From a virus (Duplodnaviria; Heunggongvirae; Uroviricota; Caudoviricetes): a stretch of 64,000 bases of DNA. Position 1 is the first letter of the stretch. Every line of letters starts with the position of its first letter. Below the pieces are notes generated by a model. It was given only the letters and a program-made list of their open reading frames with translations. It did not search any database and was not told where the DNA came from. Below are positions 31,373-40,902 of the stretch, piece after piece. The stretch is taken from the IMG/VR virus record IMGVR_UViG_3300044712_000123, one strand, 5' to 3'. Position numbers and translations under genes: made by a program.

Positions 31373-31942
31373 CTATTTGAAGCGAGGGCCCCAAGCGTGT
31401 CCAACAAGACTAAAGCGTGTGCCCCTTGTAATCTCGGTTACTGAATGAATGTAATGACTAGGAAAGAATATTCCTGTTCCTTGTTTTCTATTGCAGTTAT
31501 AAGAACCGATCATCAAGTCGCCGCCTTCATATTCTTGTTCATCTGACAGTTGTACAATCAGGTTCATTTTTCTTTCAATTCCCCGTTCAGTGTTGATTAG
31601 GATGTCACTGTGAGGTCCGAACACATCACCTTCGATATATGATTTGATTTCATATGGTTCAAGGAAATCTATCGATGGATTTTCAATATCACAAAACTGT
31701 TCCCATGCTGAATCTAAAATGTCGTATATACGATGATTGTGTTGAAACACCAAGCAGGTGTAAAAAGAGGCAAAACAATCTTCTGACTTGCTACCTCGAC
31801 GGTGCAATCCTGATAGGTCCTTGTCTAACGCAAACTCACGTAATTCTTCTGCTACTTCTTTGGTTACTAAATTGGGTATCTCGGTTACCAAACTTTTGAA
31901 GCTCGCAATTGCTAGTGGTTTGTTTTGAACGGGTAAGAACAT
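31373..31942 (-). CDS. 2OG-Fe(II) oxygenase, PKHD/P4Hc type
   Basis: FGPHSD..RKMNLIVQLSD..YEGGDL..FFPSHYIHSVT..RFSLVG. Confidence 0.92.
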   Translation of the reverse strand: MFLPVQNKPLAIASFKSLVTEIPNLVTKEVAEELREFALDKDLSGLHRRGSKSEDCFASFYTCLVFQHNHRIYDILDSAWEQFCDIENPSIDFLEPYEIKSYIEGDVFGPHSDILINTERGIERKMNLIVQLSDEQEYEGGDLMIGSYNCNRKQGTGIFFPSHYIHSVTEITRGTRFSLVGHAWGPRFK

Positions 31943-32027
31943 GAAAGTATTTATTGCAAATAATAGTGAAGTGTGATAAAATAGAGTCTTCTCAGCACTA
32001 GAGTAAATAATTAACTAAGAGGATATT

Positions 32028-32195
32028 ATGAGTTGTAGAGGTTATTCCCCAAAAGCAGTTAGTCTGCCAAAATCAGTTAAACGTGCCGCGGCACGTATTC
32101 AAGATGCACATACACGTGGAGCATTCATCAAGAGTTATGTAACGATTCTTGAAAGTGAATCACGCTCATTTGGAGGCAAAGGAGATAAGAAATGA
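32028..32195 (+). CDS. Small hypothetical protein (55 aa)
   Basis: GAGGA RBS; MSCRGYSPKAVSLPKSVKR.. Confidence 0.6.
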   Translation: MSCRGYSPKAVSLPKSVKRAAARIQDAHTRGAFIKSYVTILESESRSFGGKGDKK

Positions 32196-32380
32196 GTAAG
32201 GGTTCTCGACCTCGCCCATTCAGTGTAAGTCCAAGTGAGTTCAACGAAAACATGGACAGAATCTTTGGTGCTAAGCCAAAGCGTGAACAATATGTTCCAC
32301 CTCCCCTTCCTGATATGAGCGAAGAAAAGAAAACAATTGACTGGGGTACAGAAAATAAAACCCCCGATCAAGGAAGCTAA
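32192..32380 (+). CDS. Small conserved phage protein (MSKGSRPRPFSV)
   Basis: GGAGA RBS; motif I recall from large myophages. Confidence 0.7.
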   Translation: MSKGSRPRPFSVSPSEFNENMDRIFGAKPKREQYVPPPLPDMSEEKKTIDWGTENKTPDQGS

Positions 32381-32393
32381 ATAAAATATCAAC

Positions 32394-32468
32394 GCCTCGT
32401 TAACTCAGTGGTAGAGTGTCTCCTTTACACGGAGAAGGTCGGCAGTTCGAAACTGTCACGAGGTACCA
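32394..32468 (+). tRNA. tRNA-Val(TAC)
   Basis: TCTCC ttTACac GGAGA, CCA. Confidence 0.93.
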
Positions 32469-32475
32469 ATCAAAT

Positions 32476-32551
32476 GCGGGTATAGCTCAGTTGGTAGAGC
32501 ACTTCCTTGCCAAGGAAGATGTCGAGAGTTCGAGTCTCTTTGCCCGCTCCA
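32476..32551 (+). tRNA. tRNA-Gly(GCC)
   Basis: CTTCC ttGCCaa GGAAG, CCA. Confidence 0.95.
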
Positions 32552-32578
32552 AGTTTATTAACTAAACGAAAGCAAAAA

Positions 32579-32794
32579 ATGACAACAGAAAGCAGAGCAC
32601 GGTATACTAGTGAAGAAGCCGCAATCGCAGTGGGTAATCGATATGATTTGGTTCTAATTGCATCTGCAAGAGTTCGTGAATTGAAACGAGGTCACATGCC
32701 CAAGGTTACTACTACCGCAGGAACAACAGTAACTGCCCTTCAAGAAATCGAAAAGGGCCTAGTAGGTCGCGAATACTTGAAACGTGTCAAGTGA
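32579..32794 (+). CDS. rpoZ: RNA polymerase omega subunit homolog
   Basis: AR.T.E.A...VGNRYDLVLIASARVREL..G..P....TVTALQEIEKG. Confidence 0.88.
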   Translation: MTTESRARYTSEEAAIAVGNRYDLVLIASARVRELKRGHMPKVTTTAGTTVTALQEIEKGLVGREYLKRVK

Positions 32795-33455
32795 TATTGT
32801 AGGTATCATCGGTCCCGGTGGAGAAGGTGGGACGTTCTTAGATTGGACGTTACACTATCTCGCCGGTCAGACCTATATGAGATATATTATTGTAGACAGA
32901 ATCTCAAATAAAATAATAAACTCAGCGGCGCAGTTAATCTCAACTAATCCAATAACTAGTTCTGGCAACGCACATAAACATAAGAAAACACATCCCACTG
33001 AGGCATTAGTTAAACCATGCATAGACTTGTACCGAAAAGTTACTGATTCTAAAATCAAGCTATTGACGATGTACATTGTAGCATCAAGTGAATCATATGC
33101 TAATGGTGAGTCTTATTCAGAATTAGCAAGGCGAATCTGTAGGCAGAATGCCGAAATGCCTATCATTCATTTTTATCATCCTGATAACATGAGTGATAAA
33201 CTTGCACATAGAATTCATCTACATATCCCTGAATTGTCTCAAACTATTACTGAGATTAAAAATAGTGTTCTGGCTTCATGCAATGAACCAGATAAAATAA
33301 TCATTGATCCTAACGTTTATCCTCTAAACATAGAGACAATGTTTTCAGACCTCGATACTGAAATACATAAAATATTTGCTTGGTTAAATTTACCAATAGA
33401 CGAAGCAAGATACACTGCTTGGTTACCTGTCTACCGAGCATGGCAACAAGCCTAA
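32784..33455 (+). CDS. Hypothetical protein, possibly P-loop/sulfotransferase-like
   Basis: GIIGPGGEGGTFLDW. Confidence 0.6.
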   Translation: MSSDIVGIIGPGGEGGTFLDWTLHYLAGQTYMRYIIVDRISNKIINSAAQLISTNPITSSGNAHKHKKTHPTEALVKPCIDLYRKVTDSKIKLLTMYIVASSESYANGESYSELARRICRQNAEMPIIHFYHPDNMSDKLAHRIHLHIPELSQTITEIKNSVLASCNEPDKIIIDPNVYPLNIETMFSDLDTEIHKIFAWLNLPIDEARYTAWLPVYRAWQQA

Positions 33456-33534
33456 ACTTACTACTTTTGTAGTACTTGACTTTAATACCCAAACACTGTA
33501 TAATGTAGAAATACAAAAGAAAGAGTGTATCCAA

Positions 33535-33708
33535 ATGAAACAAGTCGTTTACAAAGGTTCAGTGTTAGCTAAAGGTAGTACTGCACTTGAACTGTGGGAA
33601 AACTGGCAAAAAGAAAAGAAAGATCGGAACGCCGCTCAAAAGAAGCTGGACGTCCATATGAAAGAAGTCGAACAGCGTCACCGAGACTTGCTGGATCGAT
33701 ACAAATAA
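33535..33708 (+). CDS. Small hypothetical protein (57 aa)
   Basis: Downstream of TTGACT-17-TATAAT at 33476. Confidence 0.6.
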   Translation: MKQVVYKGSVLAKGSTALELWENWQKEKKDRNAAQKKLDVHMKEVEQRHRDLLDRYK

Positions 33709-33722
33709 GAAAAGAGAATAAT

Positions 33723-34190
33723 ATGCCTTGGATTGAAAATTGTGCGGCTGATGATATCCCAAAGAGATTTCACCACGAAGCCGGTGAGAATAGTATGCTG
33801 ATTAGCATTACAGACCCAGCAAGTTGGAGACCAACTCCTGCTCACAAGTTCAAAGAGATTCACAATTTTGAATTCTTGGATATTGAAAAAGACGATTTTG
33901 CATTGGACGAGGCAATGCGTTGTAGTCAAGAGCAAGCAAACGAATTAGTCCGATTGTTGCAACATGCAAAGGAAAATCGAATGAACGTTGTGGTTCATTG
34001 CTTTGCAGGTATCTGTCGCAGTGGTGCAGTGTGTGAGGTTGGTGTCATGATGGGTTTTGAAGACACTGGCAGATTTCGCAGTCCTAACTTGCTTGTCAAG
34101 CATCGCATGATGCGCGCCCTCGGCTGGACCTACGATGAGGATGAGAAACCGAATGTCGATGACTGGAGAACTTTTAGGAACGACAATTAA
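33723..34190 (+). CDS. Protein-tyrosine/dual-specificity phosphatase-like protein
   Basis: VVVHCFAGICRSG (CX5R). Confidence 0.85.
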   Translation: MPWIENCAADDIPKRFHHEAGENSMLISITDPASWRPTPAHKFKEIHNFEFLDIEKDDFALDEAMRCSQEQANELVRLLQHAKENRMNVVVHCFAGICRSGAVCEVGVMMGFEDTGRFRSPNLLVKHRMMRALGWTYDEDEKPNVDDWRTFRNDN

Positions 34191-34235
34191 TGATAAAAGT
34201 GCTTGGTTGGGATAAATAAGTATATAGGAGAAATC

Positions 34236-34886
34236 ATGAATACTTATCCAACTAAAGCAAAACCGTATGTTTATCGCTGTACTAACAAAATCACTGGTCA
34301 TTTTTATATAGGATATCGTGAGGCGAATGTTAAACTGAATAGGATACCAGAAATTGATTTTCCGTTATATAAGAGTTCTTCAAAAGCAGTTAAGGACAAC
34401 TTTGACAATTTTGAATGGACTATCGTAGCAGAATTTGAGACTGGTAAAGATGCGTATTCATTTGAGCAAAAATTGATTCATGAGCACTGGAATGAACCAT
34501 TACTCTTGAACGAACATTGCTGTCACAATGAACAACAATTCAGAAGATCGGCACCACCGTGGAATAAAGGAAGAACAGGGTTATATAGCAGAACTGATGA
34601 TACCAGGCAGAAAATAAAACAAAAACGAGCACTTCAAGTTATGGGAGAATCTCCTTTAAAGGGAAAGTCATATAATGATATTCACGGGGAAGATGCAGTA
34701 TCTTTGAAGAAGAAAATTTCTGAAAAAATGTTAAGCGCAGGTATAAAAAGAACCGAAGAGTTTAAAGAAAATTTGAGAAAACCAAAAGAGAAAATCACTT
34801 GCCCACATTGCGGTAAAACAGGGGGTGGTGGTTCAATGATTCAATGGCACTTTGATAAATGTAAAAATAGGAATTTAGATGTTTAA
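34236..34886 (+). CDS. GIY-YIG homing endonuclease with NUMOD3-like repeats
   Basis: YVYRCTNKITGHFYIGYR; PWNKG; TRQKIK; C-terminal CPHCGK..WHFDKC. Confidence 0.8.
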   Translation: MNTYPTKAKPYVYRCTNKITGHFYIGYREANVKLNRIPEIDFPLYKSSSKAVKDNFDNFEWTIVAEFETGKDAYSFEQKLIHEHWNEPLLLNEHCCHNEQQFRRSAPPWNKGRTGLYSRTDDTRQKIKQKRALQVMGESPLKGKSYNDIHGEDAVSLKKKISEKMLSAGIKRTEEFKENLRKPKEKITCPHCGKTGGGGSMIQWHFDKCKNRNLDV

Positions 34887-35109
34887 AGTAATAGGCAAAG
34901 ATGTAGAATATGAAGTTCATTCACTGGATGACGCCATGTTCTTGGCAAAAAAGATGAACGAATTCGTGACCATACGTGGTCAAGATGGAATGGAATTTGT
35001 AGGCAAGTTTGGTGTTGATTCAGTGAAAGATGGTAAGTGCCCTGACGGTGTCGCTTACGACTGGAACAAGGCATCACGCATCGGTGCTCCAAAACGAGTC
35101 AGAGTTTAA
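34879..35109 (+). CDS. Hypothetical protein
   Basis: 76 aa coupled ORF. Confidence 0.7.
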   Translation: MFKVIGKDVEYEVHSLDDAMFLAKKMNEFVTIRGQDGMEFVGKFGVDSVKDGKCPDGVAYDWNKASRIGAPKRVRV

Positions 35110-35112
35110 TAC

Positions 35113-35141
35113 TTGACAATAAATCGGTTTGGGCATATAAT
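35113..35141 (+). promoter_or_regulatory. Early sigma70 promoter; family copies at 36389, 40561, 41022, 42356, 42783, 43067, 49888, 50304, 63873
   Basis: TTGACAATAAAT or TTGACTTTAAT, 17-bp spacer, TATAAT/TACAAT/TATACT. Confidence 0.85.
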
Positions 35142-35168
35142 CAATCTATTGAATGAAAGGAGCATAGT

Positions 35169-35360
35169 ATGGGTTACAATACAAAACACTTTGACCATGA
35201 AGCACACTATGCTTCCAAGTCAACAAAAGAACTTGAGGCACTGTTAAAACAGGCTGAAAAGTTTGTACAGGATCATCCTAAGTTTGAATTCAGTTGGCAC
35301 AATGAGTATCGCCATAAATTGAAACTGTTGATTGCAGAAAGAATTGGAAAAAGAAAATGA
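35169..35360 (+). CDS. Hypothetical protein
   Basis: AGGAG RBS, 63 aa. Confidence 0.7.
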   Translation: MGYNTKHFDHEAHYASKSTKELEALLKQAEKFVQDHPKFEFSWHNEYRHKLKLLIAERIGKRK

Positions 35361-35899
35361 CAAAATGGATTACAAGTGACCTGCATTTCGGTCACGCAAA
35401 TATTATGAAGTTCTGCCCAGTAACACGGGCAGGCTTCACTGACACCGATCACATGCGTGAGCAAATGATCTCCGAGTGGAACCGTGACGTTAAGCCAGAA
35501 GATGAAACATTCATTCTGGGTGACTTTGCATTCTTGCCGGCTAAGGATGCAGTCGCAATCTTGCGCCGATTGAACGGTACAAAGATTTTGATTGAAGGTA
35601 ATCACGACCGCAAACTGTTGAACGACCCTAGTTTCCGTAATGAGTTCAAAGAAGTTCACCAGTACTTGCGTTATGTGCATGAAGGCACTACTGTGATTAT
35701 GTTGCACTATCCTATCTTGGAATGGGACCAGATGCATCGTGGAGCAGTTCATTTCTATGGACACGTTCATGGTGCAAAGACTGGTATGGAAAAGTATCGT
35801 TGTCGTGACGTAGCGTTTGACGCTACTGGTCGAGTTGTTAGCAACTTGGACATGATGATTAAAGACGCATTGAAAGGTGAGATTAAGTCTCACCACTAA
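35357..35899 (+). CDS. Calcineurin-like metallophosphoesterase
   Basis: SDLHFGH, LGDF, GNHD, HY, GHVH. Confidence 0.92.
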   Translation: MTKWITSDLHFGHANIMKFCPVTRAGFTDTDHMREQMISEWNRDVKPEDETFILGDFAFLPAKDAVAILRRLNGTKILIEGNHDRKLLNDPSFRNEFKEVHQYLRYVHEGTTVIMLHYPILEWDQMHRGAVHFYGHVHGAKTGMEKYRCRDVAFDATGRVVSNLDMMIKDALKGEIKSHH

Positions 35900-35908
35900 G
35901 GAGAAAGT

Positions 35909-36370
35909 ATGCCAAAGTGTTATCAACTGATTGGAGTGCCTGGCGCAGGCAAGAGTACTTGGATTAAGAACCAAGAGTGGGCTAACGATTGTGTGGTTGT
36001 TTCTACTGACGAGTTCGTAGAAGATTACGCAAAAGAAGTAGGCTCAACATACAGTGATGTATTTGACGACTACATGCCTACTGCTGTCAAGTTGATGGCT
36101 GATAAGGTTGTTCGTGCCCGTAATGCAGGTAAAGATATTATCTGGGACCAAACATCTACTAGCGAAGGCTCACGTAGAAAGAAGTTCAATATGTTACCTG
36201 ACTATGAACACATTGCGGTGGTGTTTAAGACTCCTGAAATGGATGAATTGAAGCGCCGTCTTGCATCGCGCCCAGGCAAGAATATCCCATCGCACGTGAT
36301 GGTTCAAATGATTCGCAGTTTTGTAATGCCCACACTAGATGAAGGCTTCACTGAAATTCGAGTAGTATAA
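35909..36370 (+). CDS. AAA_33 polynucleotide-kinase-like protein
   Basis: GVPGAGKST, STD, WDQT..R, RR..R. Confidence 0.88.
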   Translation: MPKCYQLIGVPGAGKSTWIKNQEWANDCVVVSTDEFVEDYAKEVGSTYSDVFDDYMPTAVKLMADKVVRARNAGKDIIWDQTSTSEGSRRKKFNMLPDYEHIAVVFKTPEMDELKRRLASRPGKNIPSHVMVQMIRSFVMPTLDEGFTEIRVV

Positions 36371-36447
36371 AGTATTACTTTTCAGTGGTTGACTTTAATT
36401 CAGTTTGGGCATATAATAGATACTTAGATTGATTAAAGGAGTGAGCA

Positions 36448-36984
36448 ATGGAAGGTTTTACATTTGAATTGTCGGGTATGGACATTGTCCAAAAGGCCCA
36501 GGTCTACGCCATTGCTGCTCACTCGGCTGTTCAGCAAAAGCGTAAGTACACTGGCGAACCCTACTTTGTTCACCCTGCAGAGGTTGCACAAATCGTAGCC
36601 AGTGTTCCAGGTTCTACTCCTGACATGGTTGCGGCAGCTTGGTTGCATGATGTTGTAGAAGACACTGGCTGCACATTCACTGACATTCACATGGCTTTCG
36701 GTATCGATATCGCTGTGTTGGTTCAGTGGTTGACTGACGTTTCTAAGCCCGAAGATGGCAATCGTGCTACTCGCAAGGCAATGGATCGTGAGCATACTGC
36801 ACAAGCACCTGCTGAGGCACAGACCATCAAGTTGGCAGATTTGATCTCCAACAGCAAGAGTATCATGGCACACGACCCTGACTTTGCCAAGACTTACTTG
36901 GAAGAAAAAAGATTGTTGTTGGCTGTGATGACTAAGGGTGATCGCGGCTTGCACGCCGAAGCTAGTAAGTACGTTGGAGTTTAA
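36448..36984 (+). CDS. RelA/SpoT-type HD hydrolase (Mesh1-like)
   Basis: AH..Q.RKYTGEPYFVHP.EVA..LHDVVEDT..KLADLISN. Confidence 0.88.
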   Translation: MEGFTFELSGMDIVQKAQVYAIAAHSAVQQKRKYTGEPYFVHPAEVAQIVASVPGSTPDMVAAAWLHDVVEDTGCTFTDIHMAFGIDIAVLVQWLTDVSKPEDGNRATRKAMDREHTAQAPAEAQTIKLADLISNSKSIMAHDPDFAKTYLEEKRLLLAVMTKGDRGLHAEASKYVGV

Positions 36985-36986
36985 GA

Positions 36987-37175
36987 ATGACTAATCCTGT
37001 AACCAAAGACAATTTAGTTCGAGGTGGTAAGTATAACTGGAAGTGGCAACCTGAACGACTAGTATACTTGCGTCAGGTTGGTGCATGGTATCAGTTTGCA
37101 TTGACTTCCAACCCTGAGAAGATTTGGTGCGAAGTTCTTGCAGAAGACTTGGAAATGTTTGAGGAAACAAAATGA
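36987..37175 (+). CDS. Hypothetical protein
   Basis: 62 aa ORF. Confidence 0.7.
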   Translation: MTNPVTKDNLVRGGKYNWKWQPERLVYLRQVGAWYQFALTSNPEKIWCEVLAEDLEMFEETK

Positions 37176-37438
37176 ACAAACAAATCAAAGAACTTGCTGA
37201 ACAGGCTGGACTCAGAATTGAGTATCAGATGATTAACCCGCCCAAGCCTTTTCAGATTCTTGGTAGTACTGAACAGTTTGAAAAGTTCGCCGAGTTGATT
37301 ATCAATGACTGTGCTAGTCTATGTGAGATTGAAAGCCGATCATACACTTATTCTTTCACACCAGCAAAGGCACGATTAGCAGAATCTACTGCAAAGAATT
37401 GCGGTACAATAATCAAACGACATTTTGGAGTCGAATAA
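37172..37438 (+). CDS. Small paralogous protein (IKELA.QA..EKFAELI..HFGVE family)
   Basis: Similar to 38963 and 51334. Confidence 0.75.
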   Translation: MNKQIKELAEQAGLRIEYQMINPPKPFQILGSTEQFEKFAELIINDCASLCEIESRSYTYSFTPAKARLAESTAKNCGTIIKRHFGVE

Positions 37439-38340
37439 TGTTTAAAGAAGAATTGAAAAAGTACGTAGAGACTTCGGGCCTAGTGAACATGAAAGAGGCT
37501 GGCGCCGGCATCTTCATCTTGAAGTATAAGAAGAAGGTGTTCTACGATAACCTGTGGAACGAGTACATCGCTGAATGCCGTGGATCAGTGATTGATAAGG
37601 ATTTCAACCTAGTTGCTTATCCCTTCACAAAAATCTACAACTATGGCATTGAGAAAGAAGCACCCGTGCTTTCTGACGACACTCAAGTAACTGCTTTCCG
37701 TAAGGTTAATGGTTTCATGGTTGCAGTTTCGTATCACAACGGTGACGTTTTTGTATCTACTACAGGTTCTACTTTGGGTGACTATGTTGGCTATGCTAAG
37801 GATATGATGCTAAAGCACATGCCCTGGAGTGACTGGCAAATGGCACTAGCAGCCGATGACTGCCGAGACATGACCTTCATGTTTGAGTGCGTACATCCCA
37901 ACGATCCTCATATCGTGGTTGAAAAGCCAGGTATGTACATCTTGGGTTATCGTGAAAAGACTTGGGGGTCTAAGGTAGGTCATGATGTTTTCATGCTACA
38001 AGAACTTGGTCATGTGTTCAACTGTTTTGTACCAGAAAGCGTAACAACTAACCTGGCACAACTAAAGATCATGGTCAAGGAATGTAAGCACGAAGGCTTT
38101 GTGTTCTATACACAGGACGGAGTTAGCTCTAAGATCAAGAGTCCATACTACTTGACTTCAAAGTGGGTAGCACGTAACCCTCGTACAGACAAGCTAGTTG
38201 ACCTGAACAAGGACATCAAGCAAAATCTGGACGAAGAATACTACCCACTAGTGGATGCAATTCGTGCTAACATCGTTGAATACACTAGTATGGACGAGCA
38301 AGCTCGCCTAGCATGGGTTCGTAATTTTGTGAGTGCGTGA
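37438..38340 (+). CDS. T4 Rnl1-like RNA ligase
   Basis: ECRG....PFTKIYN; motif I KVNG; TFMFE; EGFV; KIKS..Y. Confidence 0.85.
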   Translation: MFKEELKKYVETSGLVNMKEAGAGIFILKYKKKVFYDNLWNEYIAECRGSVIDKDFNLVAYPFTKIYNYGIEKEAPVLSDDTQVTAFRKVNGFMVAVSYHNGDVFVSTTGSTLGDYVGYAKDMMLKHMPWSDWQMALAADDCRDMTFMFECVHPNDPHIVVEKPGMYILGYREKTWGSKVGHDVFMLQELGHVFNCFVPESVTTNLAQLKIMVKECKHEGFVFYTQDGVSSKIKSPYYLTSKWVARNPRTDKLVDLNKDIKQNLDEEYYPLVDAIRANIVEYTSMDEQARLAWVRNFVSA

Positions 38341-38551
38341 TATGGAAGAGTTTGAATATACTCACGGTGCGTTGAGCCCCAATGATCCTAGTCAGGTTCC
38401 CATGAAGTATTATACCAAAGAGGAAGCAGAGGCACATGCTAATAACATGAATCGTCTGATTGACTCTTGGGAAGAAAATAAAGATGGGTTCTGGAACAAA
38501 GATCATTGGAAAGTTAAACCCGAGCCGTGGATTGTTAAGGAACTAAAGTGA
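38333..38551 (+). CDS. Hypothetical protein
   Basis: ORF in early-gene run. Confidence 0.65.
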   Translation: MRDMEEFEYTHGALSPNDPSQVPMKYYTKEEAEAHANNMNRLIDSWEENKDGFWNKDHWKVKPEPWIVKELK

Positions 38552-38859
38552 TGGCTATCAAACCCAACGATTGTGTAATCAAAATCGAGGACCTGGTCGT
38601 TGGGTCTGATACTGTCAGAGACTGGGATGGTCGCCCAAAAACAGTTCCAGTGTATGAATCATACTGGACAAACTTTTTACAACACGTAAAGGACTCTACT
38701 GATTGGAAGGCGGGTGGCTGGAATGCATACGATAAAAACTTTGAACAACAACTAGCAAAGTTCAATGCAATCTACAAACAAACCAAGAAGTATGACGAAC
38801 GTTATGTCAAATTCAAGTCACACCAAGACTTAACATTTTTTGTATTGAGGTGGGCATAA
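38548..38859 (+). CDS. Hypothetical protein, C-terminal F..xxD..F.LRW family
   Basis: Ends KFKSHQDLTFFVLRWA. Confidence 0.7.
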   Translation: MMAIKPNDCVIKIEDLVVGSDTVRDWDGRPKTVPVYESYWTNFLQHVKDSTDWKAGGWNAYDKNFEQQLAKFNAIYKQTKKYDERYVKFKSHQDLTFFVLRWA

Positions 38860-38962
38860 TGTACATTACAAACAAATACGATTCAATTAGACTGCCCTAT
38901 AGTGAAGAACTATTAGAGTGGCTGATTGAAACATATCCTTTCTCAAAATATGTGGTGATAGA

Positions 38963-39178
38963 ATGAACGAACGAATTAAAGAACTTAGTAAGCAGGCTGA
39001 AATCTATGCTCTTACTTTAGTGGGTCGTGAGGACGATTATGTTGACGTATTTGAACAAAAGTTCGCCGAGTTGATTGTGAAGGAATGTGCCAAAGAAGCA
39101 GCATACTGGTGGCCAGCGGACTATTACGGAGCGAAAACCGTTGAAGATCGAATACTGCAACATTTCGGAGTCGAATAA
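38963..39178 (+). CDS. Small paralogous protein (KFAELI..HFGVE family)
   Basis: Paralog of 37172. Confidence 0.7.
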   Translation: MNERIKELSKQAEIYALTLVGREDDYVDVFEQKFAELIVKECAKEAAYWWPADYYGAKTVEDRILQHFGVE

Positions 39179-39465
39179 TGGCATTACGTAGTGCATGGGC
39201 TGTAGTTGAAACCGACTACACAAATAAGATATTTGTAATCGAAGACATTGCCAACAAGACTGGCGGCACAACTATTACTAACGATGCTGAAAATGTGCTA
39301 AGATATGTTTTTGACCATTTTGACAGGAGTTGGAGAACAGTCTACAAAGACACCGATAACGAATGGTGGGAAATATATATGCAAGCAGACGGCTTATGGC
39401 AGAGTGATTTTAAAGTAGGGTTCAAACCTTGGAATGGCCTTGCTTGGGATATTTTACAGAGGTAA
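39178..39465 (+). CDS. Hypothetical protein
   Basis: TITNDAENV..YKDTDNEW. Confidence 0.7.
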   Translation: MALRSAWAVVETDYTNKIFVIEDIANKTGGTTITNDAENVLRYVFDHFDRSWRTVYKDTDNEWWEIYMQADGLWQSDFKVGFKPWNGLAWDILQR

Positions 39466-39467
39466 AT

Positions 39468-39815
39468 ATGAGATTAATGTTAGGTACAAAAGACAATCCA
39501 AGTCTATTGGTCGATGTTCGACAAGAGTTTTCACCAACTCATTTTGACTTTTGGGTAGTCAACGGTTGCTGGGAAGGTACGTACACAAACGGACATGTCA
39601 CTGTATGGGACTGCCCTTCGGGTGACTTTTCTAGTCTTGACCAAGTTGAAATTCTAACAGACAATCAGGATCGGTTGCGGACTACTGGCTGGTATAGTGA
39701 TGTAGATAGAGGGTACCAAGCGGTGTTTGATAACTTCCACAACCCCAACTATATTGCACCTAAGCCTGAGAAGGTTGATCTACCCGCAGACTGGGATGAT
39801 GACATTGCGTTTTAA
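39468..39815 (+). CDS. Hypothetical protein
   Basis: GAGG RBS. Confidence 0.7.
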   Translation: MRLMLGTKDNPSLLVDVRQEFSPTHFDFWVVNGCWEGTYTNGHVTVWDCPSGDFSSLDQVEILTDNQDRLRTTGWYSDVDRGYQAVFDNFHNPNYIAPKPEKVDLPADWDDDIAF

Positions 39816-39823
39816 GGATTAAT

Positions 39824-40030
39824 ATGAAAGATGAATCACACTTGCCAGTGAGTGAACAAAGCCTAGTCTTCCGTCTCAGGAAGCGAGCCGAAATTCGCAG
39901 ACAAATTCCAGGCCGATTGGCAGTAACAGAAGGTAAGCCAGACAAGATAGCAAACTTGTTAGACGAAGCTGCTAGCGAGATTGAACGACTACGACATGTA
40001 CTATCCCATCTAGAAGACGATGGGAAATAA
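39824..40030 (+). CDS. Hypothetical protein
   Basis: LVFRLRKRAEIRRQI. Confidence 0.7.
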   Translation: MKDESHLPVSEQSLVFRLRKRAEIRRQIPGRLAVTEGKPDKIANLLDEAASEIERLRHVLSHLEDDGK

Positions 40031-40055
40031 TAGGGACTCACGTCCCTATTTTTTT
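40029..40055 (+). terminator. Intrinsic terminator
   Basis: AATAGGGAC tcac GTCCCTATT + T run. Confidence 0.85.
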
Positions 40056-40099
40056 GGCTAAAAGTTAGAAATTATTATATACGTATAAATAGCAGTATC

Positions 40100-40564
40100 A
40101 TGTTACACTTCATCAGAGACCTCACAGACAAACTTTTAGACTTCATCAAGGACGATCCTGTACGTCCTGAAATACCTACAGACTTCCGCGTAAGCGATGG
40201 TCGAATGGTCGCCGCACTTGTTAGTGAGGATAAACCTGATGCAATGGTATGTGTAAGTTTTCACGACTTTGTTCCTGCTGATACGAATGACTTGAAGACA
40301 ACAGCACAAGTGCCAACAACGGCAGTGTTCTATACAATCTGGAGTTATAAAGCTGGCAAAGGACAAGAGTTGTTATTTCAAGCTGTGAAGGGCATCCAAG
40401 AACAGTACCCAAGCGTGACTCGATTTGTGACACTCAGTCCAAAGACAAACATGGCAAGACGTTTTCACTTGAAGAATGGAGCTATCATTTTCAGAGAAAA
40501 CGGAGAGACTGTGAATTACGAATACCCATCAAAACTCGAAACAGTAGAAGAATCCCAATCTTGA
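40100..40564 (+). CDS. GNAT-like conserved phage protein
   Basis: KDDPVRP..AVFYTIWSY..GKGQELL..TLSPKT..FHLKNGA; TATAAATA at 40084. Confidence 0.65.
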   Translation: MLHFIRDLTDKLLDFIKDDPVRPEIPTDFRVSDGRMVAALVSEDKPDAMVCVSFHDFVPADTNDLKTTAQVPTTAVFYTIWSYKAGKGQELLFQAVKGIQEQYPSVTRFVTLSPKTNMARRFHLKNGAIIFRENGETVNYEYPSKLETVEESQS

Positions 40565-40695
40565 CAATAAATCAATTTCGTGCTATACTGACAGCATGAA
40601 ATTCATTAAAGAACTACTCCAAGCGACCGTCATAGCATTGCTATTTGGCGGTCCCGTTTTTTACTACTTACTGTTTCAAATGAAGGCTTGAGAAA

Positions 40696-40902
40696 ATGTA
40701 TACTTTAATCTTCGTTTCTAACTTTCTGTTTCTTGGTACCTATGCTGACTTATATTCTTGTCAGAATGCTATCAGTGAAATCTACACTCAAAAAGCAAAC
40801 CCTCCCGGTATGCGCTTGCCTGAACTGGAAGAAGGCATTAACATCACGATCAAAACGCAAAAGCAATTGCTTTGCATCCCTGTGAAAAAGAGCAAAGACT
40901 GA
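40696..40902 (+). CDS. Hypothetical protein
   Basis: 68 aa ORF. Confidence 0.55.
   Translation: MYTLIFVSNFLFLGTYADLYSCQNAISEIYTQKANPPGMRLPELEEGINITIKTQKQLLCIPVKKSKD

Noticed and set aside
7899-32551. Stop-codon reassignment or suppressor tRNA
   Set aside because: No CTA, TTA or TCA anticodon found; known genes translate intact in the standard code.
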